DNA from: Nannocystis bainbridge
GTDB lineage: Bacteria; Myxococcota_A; Polyangia; Nannocystales; Nannocystaceae
DNA length: 64,000 nt
Direction of reading: 5' to 3'
Assembly: GCF_028368995.1 (NCBI RefSeq)
Contig: NZ_JAQNDL010000002.1
Coordinates: forward strand, 1,568,001 to 1,632,000
In this document: positions 40,164-50,573 of the stretch, piece after piece
Numbering within the stretch: position 1 is the first letter of the stretch
Layout: each line of letters opens with the position of its first letter
Notes under the pieces: generated by a model
What the model was told of the DNA's origin: nothing
Databases searched by the model: none
What the model saw: the letters and a program-made list of their open reading frames with translations, nothing else
Made by a program: the position numbers and the translations under genes

Positions 40164-42398
40164 TCAGCGCCGCGGCGTGATGCGCCAGCACTTGTGGATC
40201 TTCGGGCTGCGCGCGAAGTCCTTGGGGATCGTCGTCGCCGACAGGTCCTCGATGTCGAGGTCGGCGAGGGCCTCCTGGTCGAGGCGGAAGCGCCGGTAGT
40301 TGGTCGAGAAGATCAGCACCCCGTCGCGCTCGAGCAGGCGCACCGCGGACCGGATCAGCTCGACGTGGTCGCGCTGCACGTCGAGCACGCCCTCCATCCT
40401 CTTCGAGTTGGAGAACGTCGGCGGGTCGAGGAAGATGGCGCCGTAGCGGCGCAGCTCGCGGGCCATGAACTCGCGGCACTCGGCCTCGACGACCCGGTGC
40501 TGCGGCCCGCGCAGCCCGTTGAGCTCGAGGTTGCGGCGGGCCCACGCGCAGTACGTGGTCGAGAGGTCGACCGTGGTCGTCGACAGCGCCCCGGCCTTGC
40601 CGGCGTAGACCGAGGCCGTACCGGTGTACGCGAACAGGTTGAGGAACCGCTTGCCGCGGGCCACCTGGCCGACCAGCGCGCGGGTGTCGCGATGGTCGAG
40701 GAACAGCCCGGTGTCGAGGTAATCGGTGAGGTTGACGAGGAAGCGCCCTGGCCCCTCGCGCACCTCGATCAGGTCGCCGGCGTCGTCGCGGCGGCCGTAC
40801 TGCCCGCCGCCCTTGGCCCGCTCGCGGCGCTTGCAGACCACCTGCGCCGCCGGCAGCTCGAGCGCGTCGGGGATCACGCGCAGCGCCTCGCGCAGGCGCG
40901 CCGCGGCCCGCACCGGATCGATCTCGGACGGCGCCGCGTACTCCTGGACCAGCGCCCAGTCGCGGTAGAGGTCGACCGCGACCGCGTACTCGGGGATGTC
41001 GGAGTCGTAGACCCGGAAGGCCTCGATCCCGTGGCGCGCGGCCCAGCTGCCGAGCTGCTTGCGGTTCTTCCGCAGCCGATTGAACAGCGCCTCGCCGCCC
41101 TCGCTGCGGGTGTACGTGCGCGGCGGCGGGGCCTCGCGCGGGATCTCGAAGCGCAGCAGGTTGACCGCGATCGCCCCGTTGTAGAGCACGTGGCGCCGCT
41201 CGGCCCGCAGCCCGATCGCGTGGCCGAGCTCGAGGTCGGGCGCCAGGATCGCCGCCTTCCAGCCGCCGAAGTGGTCGCGCAGGCGCGCGCCGAGCAGCTC
41301 GTAGAGCGCCGGCATGTCGGCCCGGACCCCGAGCCGCTCGCCGTACGGCGGGTTGGTGGCGACGAGGCCCGTGATCTTCGGGACATGTCCCGAAGGACCT
41401 GTCTCGGCAGACTTGACCTCACGAACATGTCCCGAAGGACCTGTCTCCGGGGCCACCAGCTCGGCGAGCTCGCGCCGCTCGACGCGGATCCGGCCGCCGA
41501 GGCCCGCGCGCGCCGCGTTGGCGATCGCCGCCTTGACCGCCGCCGGATCGCCGTCGTAGCCGAAGATCGGCGGCACCTTGTCGATCCCGATCGCCGCCCG
41601 CGCGCGCGCCTCGGTCAGCAATTCGTCCCACAGCGCCTTCTGGTGGCCACGCCAGCCGAGGAAGCCGAAGTACTCGCGGCCGAGCCCCGGCGCGCGGTCG
41701 CAGGCCATGTGGGCCGCCTCGATCAGCAGCGTGCCCGAGCCGCACATCGGATCGACCAGCAGCGCGCCCGCGGCCGCCAGCGCCGGCCAGCCCGCGCGCA
41801 TCAGCAGGCCCGCCGCCAGGTTCTCTTTGATCGGCGCCTCGGCCCCTTCTTCGCGGTAGCCGCGACGGTGTAGGCCCTCGCCGGCGAGGTCGATCGAGAT
41901 CACGGCCTCGTCGTGGGATGTCTCCTGGAACATGCCCTTGATGCCATGTCCCGCCGGCTTGCGCAGGTGCACGCTGACGCGCACGTCGGGCCGCTGCACC
42001 GCGACGTCGGGGCGCACGCCGCTGCCGGCATTGAACTGATCGACGATCGCGTCCTTGACCCGCTGCGCGCCGAAGCGGGTGTGCACGATCGCCGCGTTGG
42101 CGCCGGTGAAGTCGACCGCCATCGTCCCGCGCGCCGACATGTGCTGGCGCCAGTCGACCCGCTGCACCGTGGTGTAGAGCTCGTCGGCGTCGCGCGCCGG
42201 CCCCGTCGAGACCTCGAGCAGCACGCGCCCGGCCAGCCGCGACCACAGGCACGCGCGGTAGCCGATGACCAGCGGCCCGCGGAAATACACGCCCGCCGGT
42301 TGGAGCCGGATCGCCGTCGCACCGAGCGCGCGGAGCTCGTCGGCGAGCAGCTCGAGGAGGCCTTGCGGAGCGCTGGCGAAGAAGTTGTGCTCGTTCAC
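40164..42398 (-). CDS. rlmKL: Bifunctional 23S rRNA m2G2445/m7G2069 methyltransferase RlmKL
   Basis: LHRRGYR, APIKENLAA, DPMCGSGT, NPPYGERL, YLDTGLFLDHR, FLNLFAYTG, DPPTFSNSKRM. Confidence 0.95.
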   Translation of the reverse strand: MNEHNFFASAPQGLLELLADELRALGATAIRLQPAGVYFRGPLVIGYRACLWSRLAGRVLLEVSTGPARDADELYTTVQRVDWRQHMSARGTMAVDFTGANAAIVHTRFGAQRVKDAIVDQFNAGSGVRPDVAVQRPDVRVSVHLRKPAGHGIKGMFQETSHDEAVISIDLAGEGLHRRGYREEGAEAPIKENLAAGLLMRAGWPALAAAGALLVDPMCGSGTLLIEAAHMACDRAPGLGREYFGFLGWRGHQKALWDELLTEARARAAIGIDKVPPIFGYDGDPAAVKAAIANAARAGLGGRIRVERRELAELVAPETGPSGHVREVKSAETGPSGHVPKITGLVATNPPYGERLGVRADMPALYELLGARLRDHFGGWKAAILAPDLELGHAIGLRAERRHVLYNGAIAVNLLRFEIPREAPPPRTYTRSEGGEALFNRLRKNRKQLGSWAARHGIEAFRVYDSDIPEYAVAVDLYRDWALVQEYAAPSEIDPVRAAARLREALRVIPDALELPAAQVVCKRRERAKGGGQYGRRDDAGDLIEVREGPGRFLVNLTDYLDTGLFLDHRDTRALVGQVARGKRFLNLFAYTGTASVYAGKAGALSTTTVDLSTTYCAWARRNLELNGLRGPQHRVVEAECREFMARELRRYGAIFLDPPTFSNSKRMEGVLDVQRDHVELIRSAVRLLERDGVLIFSTNYRRFRLDQEALADLDIEDLSATTIPKDFARSPKIHKCWRITPRR
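41381..41446. repeat. 14-bp unit array inside rlmKL, including a 42-bp-period direct duplication
   Basis: Junctions at 41384, 41398, 41412, 41426, 41440; ACATGTCCCGAAGGACCTGTCTC occurs at 41383 and 41425. Confidence 0.9.
41914..41951. repeat. 14-bp unit array inside rlmKL
   Basis: Junctions at 41917, 41931, 41945. Confidence 0.75.
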
Positions 42399-42529
42399 GT
42401 GGCGCCCGGGCTATAGCGACTTTCGCGCGCGCACGCGAGTCTGCCCGCGCGTGCGTCGACTTGCACCGCGCGTGCGAGCTGACCCCGCGGACATCTGCTG
42501 CGGTGCGCCGTCTGCGACGTGGGCCACGC

Positions 42530-44374
42530 TCACACCCGTCTGCGACGGCGGCGGGCGCCCGCGAGCGCCAGCAGGCCCAACAGACCTGGCGCCAGCCGAT
42601 CTTCCGATCCGCCGAGCGAGCAGGCGCCGTGCTGGCCGTAGCCTGGTGGCAAGGCGCCGCCGCCGGCCGAGCTCGGGCCCTCGCCGCCGGTCGACGACGA
42701 CGCGTCGCCGCCGCTGCCGGGGATCCCGTCGGTGGTCGGCACCTCGCCGCCGCTCTCGTCCCCGCCCGTGCCCGTGCTGCCCTCGCTGTCCCCGCCGGTC
42801 CCGCCCTCGGGCGGGCACAGCGGATCGGCGGGATCGCCCTCGGGCGCGCATTGCGGGTCGTCGAGCATGTACACCGCCGAACCTGTCCCCTGGACCAGGA
42901 ACGGCTCCGGCCGCACATCTGTCCCTTGGGGCATGGCCATGAGGTCAGCCAGAGCGATCGCCTGCGCCGTCGCCGGGTCGAACTGCCAGGCCGCCGCGAC
43001 CTCGGCGCTGGCGATGAGGCGGCGGAACCCGGCGTCGACCAGCCACAGCGTCGGGTCGCCGGCGACCTGGACCAGCGCCGGCGCGCCCGCGATCGCCTGC
43101 CACTCGGGGATCGCGTTCAACGTCGGATCGTCGACCTTCGCCATCTGCCAGAACGTCGACAGCGACCACGCCTGCAGCGCCGCCGGGTCGGGCACGTGGC
43201 GGCGCACGCCCGGCGGCAGCGGCGGCGGCGGGCAGGCGAACTGGCGCGGGCTGCCGTCGAGCTGCGCCGGTCCGTCGCCGCCGAGATCGACCCCGTAGAC
43301 GTAGACCGGGTGCGATGCGCCGTCGAGCAGGCTGCGCGGCAGCGGCGACGAGAACCCGTGCGCGCACGAGCCGATCGCCATGCACAGATCGTCGCGGTGC
43401 TGGTCGGCCGTCAGCGTCACCTCGACCGCGTTGGCGTCGCCGTGCGCCGCCAGGAAGCTGACGATCGCGTCGACCGGCGCGTCCTTCTGATCCGGATCCC
43501 AGGCCCAGCCCTGGATCCCCGCCGCGCAGTCGGCCGCGTCGAACGAGCCCGCGGCCGGCTGGTTCGGCGGCACCACGCACCCTCCTTGCGCCTGCAAGAT
43601 CTCGATGTCGGCGCCGAAGTAGAAGCGGACGATGTCGACGACTTTGTAGCCCTTCGTGTTCTCGAGGCAGCGCGCGCCCCACTGCGACATGCAGCCGCGG
43701 TTCTGCCCGTAACCATTGGTCCCGAGGTTCTCCGGGAACACGAACCCGAGCGACGTCTGGTCGACGTCGTAGACCGTCTTGCCCTCGTTGAAGGTCACGT
43801 ACTGCTCGGTGCCGGACACCGTCGGATTGTCGGTGTCGATGCAGCTCGCCGGCTGCTTGTTGTCGCCGGCGACGTAAAAGGCGTAGGTCAGCCAGCCGTT
43901 GTAGGACAGGTACTGCCCGGCCGTCGCCGCCACCGCGTCGTAGTGGACCTGCTGCGGCTCGGCCCCGCACGTGTACACCTGGCAGCCCTGGCCGTCGCAG
44001 ATCTGGCCGTCGTTGAACATCGCGTAGTAGGCCACCGAGCGGGCCGCGATCGCCTGGGCCTTGAGCGCCTCGAGGTTGGCCCCGCCGTTCTCGCAGGTGA
44101 TCACGTGCGGCAGGTAATCGGTCTCCATCGCCCGCGACACCCCCTCGACGACGATGTCGCAGTAGGCCCCGCCGAGCGGGACCGGCACCGCCGTCAGCGG
44201 CTCGGGCAGCGGCATCGCCCAGTCCTGCGGCGAAGTCATGCCGCGCGGGGCGCCTGACCTATCGGACAGGTCCGAAAGACCATCCGCGAGCTCGACGCGC
44301 TCGACCTCCGCGTCCGCCCGGGCGGGGTCACAGGCCGAGAGCGACAGCAGCACGAAGAGGGCGGCGCGGGGCAT
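42530..44374 (-). CDS. SpoIID/LytB-domain protein with MYXO-CTERM-like anchor
   Basis: YLPHVITCE...EALKAQAIAARS, CQVY, GQNRGCMSQWGA; C-terminal GAC...LLALAGARRRRRRV. Confidence 0.82.
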   Translation of the reverse strand: MPRAALFVLLSLSACDPARADAEVERVELADGLSDLSDRSGAPRGMTSPQDWAMPLPEPLTAVPVPLGGAYCDIVVEGVSRAMETDYLPHVITCENGGANLEALKAQAIAARSVAYYAMFNDGQICDGQGCQVYTCGAEPQQVHYDAVAATAGQYLSYNGWLTYAFYVAGDNKQPASCIDTDNPTVSGTEQYVTFNEGKTVYDVDQTSLGFVFPENLGTNGYGQNRGCMSQWGARCLENTKGYKVVDIVRFYFGADIEILQAQGGCVVPPNQPAAGSFDAADCAAGIQGWAWDPDQKDAPVDAIVSFLAAHGDANAVEVTLTADQHRDDLCMAIGSCAHGFSSPLPRSLLDGASHPVYVYGVDLGGDGPAQLDGSPRQFACPPPPLPPGVRRHVPDPAALQAWSLSTFWQMAKVDDPTLNAIPEWQAIAGAPALVQVAGDPTLWLVDAGFRRLIASAEVAAAWQFDPATAQAIALADLMAMPQGTDVRPEPFLVQGTGSAVYMLDDPQCAPEGDPADPLCPPEGGTGGDSEGSTGTGGDESGGEVPTTDGIPGSGGDASSSTGGEGPSSAGGGALPPGYGQHGACSLGGSEDRLAPGLLGLLALAGARRRRRRV

Positions 44375-44671
44375 GAGAGACACCTCCAACTTTCGCATGA
44401 TGCCCCGGGCAGTTTCGCGCCACAAGAGAACTCGAGGTGCCGTCGAGGCCCCATCGCGTGCGCGCATCGGTCCACCCGCGGACCTCGCACCTCGCCGACG
44501 CGCCGGCCCCAGCCGGCCCCGCGCGCGACCGCGGCCGCACGAGACGCGGAGCCTGACGCCGGCCGCAGCGAGGACGTGGAGCATCACCCGACCTGCAGTT
44601 CACGCGTCCGCAGTCCAGGCGCGATGACGGGAATGCTCCGCCTGCGCTACGGTTTCCTGGTCGCTGACGTG

Positions 44672-47600
44672 ATGGTTGCGAACCGACGCGTGACATCGCC
44701 TTGGACCTGGCTCGCGCGCGCGCTGGGCCTCGGCGTGTTCGCGCTCGCCTGCGAGCCCGCCGATCCGTGCCAGCGCACCGGCGCCGGCGCGCTGTGCCTC
44801 GACCTCGCCAATGCACGGACCTACGGCTGGGGCCTTTCCACAGCCAGCCTCGCTGTCGCCGACCTCGACGCCGACGGCGTGCCCGACATCGTCGGCGCCG
44901 GTGACGCTCGCGGCACGGTGGGCGCGATGTGGGGCCGTCCCGGCGCACATGGCGTTCAGGACATGTTCGATGGGACATGGACATCCTGGTGGGTCGGCGC
45001 GCCCACGCGCGACCTCGTCGTCGCCGATCTCGACGGCGACGGCCGGCTCGACGTCGCCACCGCCCTGCCCGAGAGCGGTGAGATCGCGGTCCTGCGCGGC
45101 CGCGGCGGGCGCGAACTCGGCGAGCCGCAGCGGATCGCCGTCGACGCGGGCCCGCGCCGGCTCGTCGCCGCCGACCTCGACGGCGCGGGGCCGCCCGAGC
45201 TCGTGGTCGTCAACGAGACCGCCGGCACGCTGACGATCGTGCGCGACCTCGTCGCCGATCCGCCGCTCGCCGTCGGCCCCGGCGCGCGCGACCTGGCGGT
45301 CGCCGACCTCGACGGCGACGGTCACCGCGACGTCGCGGTCGCCGTCACCGAGGCCGGCGCGATCCAGGTTCTGCTCGGCGACGGGCACGGCGGTCTCGTG
45401 ACCGGCCCTCGGCACGCCGTCGGCCTCGCGCCCACGGACATCGTCGCCGCCGATCTCGACGGCGACGGCGCGATCGATCTCGCCACCCTCGACGTGCTCG
45501 CCGACGACGTCACGATCCTCCACGGCGACGGCCGGGCTCGCCTGCGCGCGCGCACCCGCTGGCCCGTCGATCTCGATCCGGTCGACCTCGCGGTCTCGCC
45601 CGACTCTACCGGCCAGCCTGTCCTTTACGTCCTGTCCGAAGTGACAGGCAACGTCCAGCGCGTCGACCCGCGCCGCGGCGTGGTCCTGACCGCCAGCCCG
45701 CGCACCTCCCCGAGCCAGCTGCTCGTCGGCGATCTCGACGGCGACGGCCGCGACGCCCTCCTTTATGCTCGCGGCGGCGACGGCCTCGGCGAGCTGGCGC
45801 CCGAGCGCGGCCTGCGACTCGAAGCGCTGTGGCAGCGCGAGCGCACCGGCACCGCCTTCCCGGTCGACCTCGAGGCTGACGGCGTCGACGAGCTGCTCAT
45901 CGATCTCGACGATCAGCCCGAGCCCGATCCGGCGACCGAGCCGTCGCGGGTCGTGGCGCTGGTCCGCGGACCCGAACCCCTCGACCTCGAGCTCGAGACC
46001 GGCCTCGCGGACGCGCTGCAGGGCGCCGTCGCGGCCGACTTCGACGGCGACGGACGCAACGACCTCGTGCTGTGGACGCGCAGCCATACGGCTGTCCTCC
46101 TGCGCCGCCCCGACGGCAGCTTCGCCCCCGGCGTGTCTGCCCCCTACTTCGGCGAGCCGGAGGAGCACGCCGTGGTGCGCGGCGGCGACCGGGCCCGGCT
46201 CGTGTTCGCCGGCCCGGGCGGCCTCTCTTTCCTGCACCTCGGCCCCGAGGGCGCGCTCGTCGTCGAAGCCGAGGTCTCGCTGCAAGGCCGCTTCAGAGGC
46301 CTCTCCACCATCGATCTCGCCGGCGACGGTCGCACCGACCTCGTGGTCCACGTGGCGGAGTCGCTGGTGTTGGTCGAGGGCCTCGATCCCGACGCGACGC
46401 GGGTGATCGAGCTGCCCGCGCTCGCCGACAGCCGCGCGCTCGTCCTCGTGCCTGGCGACCACGCGGGGCCCGACGCGCTGGTCTGCACCTCGGACGGCCT
46501 CGTCCACGCGCCCGACCTGTTCGGTCCTTCGCCTGGCGATACGACCCTGCTCGACCCCGATCGCTGCCAGCAGCTCGGCCTCTTCGATCTCGACGGCGAC
46601 GGCCGACGCACCGAGGTCGTCAGCCTGCGCTCGTCGGCCCTGCTGGGCGACCTCGTGCGCGTCCACATGACGCCGTGGCAGCGCGACGACGGGGCCTGGC
46701 GCTCGCTCGCCCCGCGGACCGTCGTCCATGTCCAGGGCTCGCCGCGGCTGATCGCGCAGGACGGCGGTCGGATGGCCCTGCTGCGCAATACGACCGCGAG
46801 CGACATGGTCGCGGAGGACATGTCCTTCGGGCCAGCTCTCCTCGCCCGCCCGCGCGCACAGCTCGACGTCTTCAGCGACGCGACGCTCGGTGATTTCGAC
46901 GGCGACGGCGCCCTCGACGTGTTCGTCCGCGTCGGTCGCCCCGGCAATACCGGCCGCCTCGGCTTCGCGTTCGGCGACGGCGACGGCGGCTTCGGCCCGA
47001 CCGAGCTGCGCGGCGGCCCGGGGCGCGACGACCTGTTCTCTTATCGAGCCCGCGCTGTCCAGCTCGACGACGACGCCGGCGACGAGATCGTCCTGCTGGT
47101 CCATTCGCAGGATCAGACGCGCTCGCTGCTGGTCCGCCTCGATCTCGAGGGCGGCGAGCTGCGACGGCGTGACCTCCTGCAGATCCCCTCGTTCTGGCCT
47201 GCGGAGCTGCTGGTCGGCGATCTCGACGGCGACGGTCGGCGCGACCTCCTCGTCCTCGCTACCGTACCGGGTGGCGGGCCGGCCACCGGCGGCGGGCTGC
47301 TCCCACGCGCCGCCTTCCTGCGCAACCTGGACGGGGGGCTCGCCCCTGCTCGCTGGCAGGACCTCGACGGCATCGTCGGCTTCAACTCGCAGCTCGCCGA
47401 TCTCGACGGCGACGGACGCCTCGACCTGTACTCGAACGGCCTCGGCATGCAGGTCGCGTTCGGCCGCGGCGACGGTCGTTTCGGGCCCATGCGGACGTGG
47501 AGTCCGCTCGCGCCCGACGAAATCGCCGTCGCCGATATCGACCGCGACGGCCGCCCCGACGTGCTCGCCGTCGTCTTCGACTACGACACCCCGCCCCCGC

Positions 47601-47905
47601 ACAACCTGCAGGTCCTGCACCTGCGCGGCGGCGCCACGGCCGGCCCACCGCGGGCCATTTTCTCCGGCGGTCTCAGCGTCGACGTCGCCGACCTCGACGG
47701 CGACGGCGAGCTCGAAGTGCTCGTCGTCGACCTCGAAGGCGCCCTCCAGGTCGGCCATCACCGCGACGGCACGTTCCGCTTCGAACGCCACCCGCTGCCC
47801 GGCGCTCTCGGCTACGTCCGCGTGCGTGACCTCGACGGCGACGGTCTGCCCGACATCACGCTCCTCAGCTCCGCCGCGATCACCACCGTGAGACAATTGC
47901 CGTGA
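44672..47905 (+). CDS. FG-GAP/VCBS repeat (beta-propeller) lipoprotein
   Basis: Many DLDGDGxxD repeats; ALAC lipobox; start uncertain. Confidence 0.88.
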   Translation: MVANRRVTSPWTWLARALGLGVFALACEPADPCQRTGAGALCLDLANARTYGWGLSTASLAVADLDADGVPDIVGAGDARGTVGAMWGRPGAHGVQDMFDGTWTSWWVGAPTRDLVVADLDGDGRLDVATALPESGEIAVLRGRGGRELGEPQRIAVDAGPRRLVAADLDGAGPPELVVVNETAGTLTIVRDLVADPPLAVGPGARDLAVADLDGDGHRDVAVAVTEAGAIQVLLGDGHGGLVTGPRHAVGLAPTDIVAADLDGDGAIDLATLDVLADDVTILHGDGRARLRARTRWPVDLDPVDLAVSPDSTGQPVLYVLSEVTGNVQRVDPRRGVVLTASPRTSPSQLLVGDLDGDGRDALLYARGGDGLGELAPERGLRLEALWQRERTGTAFPVDLEADGVDELLIDLDDQPEPDPATEPSRVVALVRGPEPLDLELETGLADALQGAVAADFDGDGRNDLVLWTRSHTAVLLRRPDGSFAPGVSAPYFGEPEEHAVVRGGDRARLVFAGPGGLSFLHLGPEGALVVEAEVSLQGRFRGLSTIDLAGDGRTDLVVHVAESLVLVEGLDPDATRVIELPALADSRALVLVPGDHAGPDALVCTSDGLVHAPDLFGPSPGDTTLLDPDRCQQLGLFDLDGDGRRTEVVSLRSSALLGDLVRVHMTPWQRDDGAWRSLAPRTVVHVQGSPRLIAQDGGRMALLRNTTASDMVAEDMSFGPALLARPRAQLDVFSDATLGDFDGDGALDVFVRVGRPGNTGRLGFAFGDGDGGFGPTELRGGPGRDDLFSYRARAVQLDDDAGDEIVLLVHSQDQTRSLLVRLDLEGGELRRRDLLQIPSFWPAELLVGDLDGDGRRDLLVLATVPGGGPATGGGLLPRAAFLRNLDGGLAPARWQDLDGIVGFNSQLADLDGDGRLDLYSNGLGMQVAFGRGDGRFGPMRTWSPLAPDEIAVADIDRDGRPDVLAVVFDYDTPPPHNLQVLHLRGGATAGPPRAIFSGGLSVDVADLDGDGELEVLVVDLEGALQVGHHRDGTFRFERHPLPGALGYVRVRDLDGDGLPDITLLSSAAITTVRQLP

Positions 47906-48987
47906 CCGCCCGCCTCCTGACCCTCCTCCTCGTGTTGCTCGCCTGCGACCGCCTGCCCGAGCCGCACCTCGAGGGTCAGCACATCCGCCTCGGCGCCAGC
48001 CCAGGCCACGAGCCGTGCGCCGGCAACCTCGCCCACATGGATCGTTTCATCAGCCTCCTGGCCGCCGAGCTGGGCGTGACGCCGCCGACCGGCGACGACC
48101 GCTTCACCTTTTACTGGCTCGACCAGGACGACTTCCTCGACCTCTCGCCCTGCCCGCGCGAGGTCACCGCCTGCGCCGTCTTCGGCACCGTCTACTCGCG
48201 CGCCGCGATGCTCGACCACGAGTTGGTCCACCTGCTCGACTACGGCACCGCGACCTTCTTCGGCGAGGGCTTCGCCGTCGCCTACGAGGGCCTCGGCGCC
48301 GACGTCATGGGCGGACTGCCGCCCCGCGTCGGCCGCCGCGACATCTGGGGCTCGCTGCTCTCGGTCCTGTGGTTCGGCGTCGATTACGACGACGCTGGCG
48401 CCTTCGTCGCCTACCTCCTCGATCGCCACGGCCTCGCCAAATTCCAGGCCGCGCTGCCCCGGTTCCCGATGCTCGCCTCGCGCGCCGGCATCGATCGCGT
48501 GTTCCGCGAGCAGTTCGGCGTCTCGCTCGAGGACAGCGTCGCCGACTTCATGGACGGGCGCGAGGCTTGCCCGCACATCGCCTACGATCGCAAGCTGATG
48601 GAGTGCGACGTCCCGCGGATCGCCTGGGACGGCCGGCACCACGCCGAGTATCGCCGCCTCGCCGCCGACGAGCCCGACGCCGTCGGCCCGTTCGGCGCCT
48701 CCGACCTCATGGTGCTGCGCGGCATCGACATCCCGGAGGACGGCACCTACGACCTCGACATCATCGCCGACCTGCGCGCCGACTCCCGGCCGCCGTACAC
48801 CCGGCCGACGCTCACTCTTGTCGGCTGCGGCGGCTGCGACGACGAGCCGGTCTTTCACGCGATCACGGGTCGGCAACGCGTCGAGCTGCGCGCCGGCCGT
48901 CACGCCCTGCGCCTGCACAGCTCCACCGCCGCCGACATCCGCGTCGCCTGGTCGATCACCCGCGTCGACGACACGAAGCCGCGCTGA
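47902..48987 (+). CDS. Lipoprotein with HExxH (gluzincin-like) motif
   Basis: LLAC lipobox; DHELVH followed by GEGFA; GTGA overlap with the upstream gene. Confidence 0.75.
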   Translation: MTARLLTLLLVLLACDRLPEPHLEGQHIRLGASPGHEPCAGNLAHMDRFISLLAAELGVTPPTGDDRFTFYWLDQDDFLDLSPCPREVTACAVFGTVYSRAAMLDHELVHLLDYGTATFFGEGFAVAYEGLGADVMGGLPPRVGRRDIWGSLLSVLWFGVDYDDAGAFVAYLLDRHGLAKFQAALPRFPMLASRAGIDRVFREQFGVSLEDSVADFMDGREACPHIAYDRKLMECDVPRIAWDGRHHAEYRRLAADEPDAVGPFGASDLMVLRGIDIPEDGTYDLDIIADLRADSRPPYTRPTLTLVGCGGCDDEPVFHAITGRQRVELRAGRHALRLHSSTAADIRVAWSITRVDDTKPR

Positions 48988-49029
48988 ACCTCGTGGCCCT
49001 CCAAGCCGGCTCGCGCGCCAGGTCGTTCC

Positions 49030-49103
49030 GAGCATGTCCCGAGGGACAGTACGAAATGTCTATCGAGACATGTCTATCGGAGCATGTCCGAATGGCCATG
49101 CGA
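49030..49103. repeat. 14-bp palindromic-unit array between convergent genes
   Basis: Junctions at 49033, 49047 and at 49055, 49069, 49083, 49097. Confidence 0.85.
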
Positions 49104-49140
49104 CCCGTCCCTCGTACCCGCGGCCAGGGTTCGTCGCGGC

Positions 49141-49701
49141 TCACGACGGCCGCGGCGTCTTCCTGACCCGCTCCGCCGCCTCGCGCTCCGCCCCGGTCGG
49201 CGCCCCGGTCTTGCGCGCGCACGCGTCGATCAGCGCCTGCGCGCGCTCGCGGGCGACCCCCGGCGTCGCCTCGCGGAACGCCCGCGCCTGACAGGCTGCG
49301 AAGCGCAGGTTGTCCGCGGCCAGGCAATGGGCCTGCGCCGGATCGAGCTCGACCCCCTTCATCACCGCCCACTTCTCCGCCTCCGCCGCGTCGCCCTGGA
49401 CCCGCTGCTTCACGAACCCGTCGTAGGCCGCGCGCATCTCGGCGCAGCCGGTCTCGATGTCGGCCGGCAGCGTCCCCGGCACCGTCGCCGCCTCCTCGAT
49501 AGCCGCCTCGATCGCCTGCGCGCGATCGGCCTCCACCTTCTGCTTCAGCCGGCGCATGTCCTCGCCCGCCTGCCTGGCCTCGGCCGCGGGGTCGCCCTGC
49601 TTCTCGAACGCCGCGGCGATGCTCTTCGCTTGCCCGCCCGCCGGCCCTTCACCGCAGGCGAGCAGCAGCGGCGCCCCCAGCAGGGCTGCCCACGGGTGCA
49701 T
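49141..49701 (-). CDS. Putative lipoprotein
   Basis: LLLAC lipobox; helical body with Cys pairs. Confidence 0.7.
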   Translation of the reverse strand: MHPWAALLGAPLLLACGEGPAGGQAKSIAAAFEKQGDPAAEARQAGEDMRRLKQKVEADRAQAIEAAIEEAATVPGTLPADIETGCAEMRAAYDGFVKQRVQGDAAEAEKWAVMKGVELDPAQAHCLAADNLRFAACQARAFREATPGVARERAQALIDACARKTGAPTGAEREAAERVRKTPRPS

Positions 49702-49788
49702 TCGTCCAGGTACCATCGTGGCCTCCAGCTTCGTTGCAGGCGCAACCATGCCAGAGGTCCGGGGCCGCGCCAGCCGGCGGCGACGACT

Positions 49789-50478
49789 TCACTGGCCCGA
49801 CGTGATTTGCAGCGTCGCCAGCGTGAGGTTGACGTAGTCGAGGTACAGCTTGAGCGCCCCGACGACCGCCAGGTTCTCGCGGCGACCGTGCGTCCGGTAC
49901 ATCTGCTTCACGCGCTGGCCGTCGTAGGCCACGAACCCGGCGAACACCACCGCCAGCAGCGCCTGCAGCAGCACGTGCAGGCCCGGCTGGCGCAGCGCCG
50001 CCGCGTCGAGGAACATCGCCACCAGCGCGCCGATGAGGCCGGTCGCCAGGGCCGCGCCCCACGGGCTGAGGTCGCGGCGGCTGTAGAAACCGACCAGCGA
50101 TCCGGCGACGAACACCCCGGCGGCGACCCCGGCGGCCGTGCCGAGCTGCTCCGCCGACACCCGCGTCGCCGAGCCCAGCCACGCCAGCGCCGCGCCGAGC
50201 AGCACCGAGAACGTGAGGAACGCGACGCGCGCGACCGTCGGCGGCAACCGATGGAGACGCGCGCCGATCACCAGCACCGCCACCGCCATCGCCGGCCAGA
50301 ACAACACCCGCAGCTCGCTCGCCTGGGCCAGCTCGAGCCGCGGCTCGCTGCTCAGCGCGATCGCCGTGGCCGCGCTCAGGCCGACTCCGGCGGCCATCCA
50401 CGCGTAGACCGAATGCATGAATCGGCCCACGCCGGCGTGCAGGTCGATGCCCAGGGGATCGCGGAGCCGCTCCGACAT
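49789..50478 (-). CDS. Bax inhibitor-1/YccA family membrane protein
   Basis: FMHSVYAWMAAG, about 7 TM helices, AYDGQRVK, GALKLYLDYVNL. Confidence 0.88.
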   Translation of the reverse strand: MSERLRDPLGIDLHAGVGRFMHSVYAWMAAGVGLSAATAIALSSEPRLELAQASELRVLFWPAMAVAVLVIGARLHRLPPTVARVAFLTFSVLLGAALAWLGSATRVSAEQLGTAAGVAAGVFVAGSLVGFYSRRDLSPWGAALATGLIGALVAMFLDAAALRQPGLHVLLQALLAVVFAGFVAYDGQRVKQMYRTHGRRENLAVVGALKLYLDYVNLTLATLQITSGQ

Positions 50479-50573
50479 CGGACCATCTGGCCACAAGCGG
50501 CCACCCCCGTCAACGCTGCGCGGCGCCCGACCTCGCCATGGCGCCCGCCCGGCGCTGCGGGCACACTGCCGGC

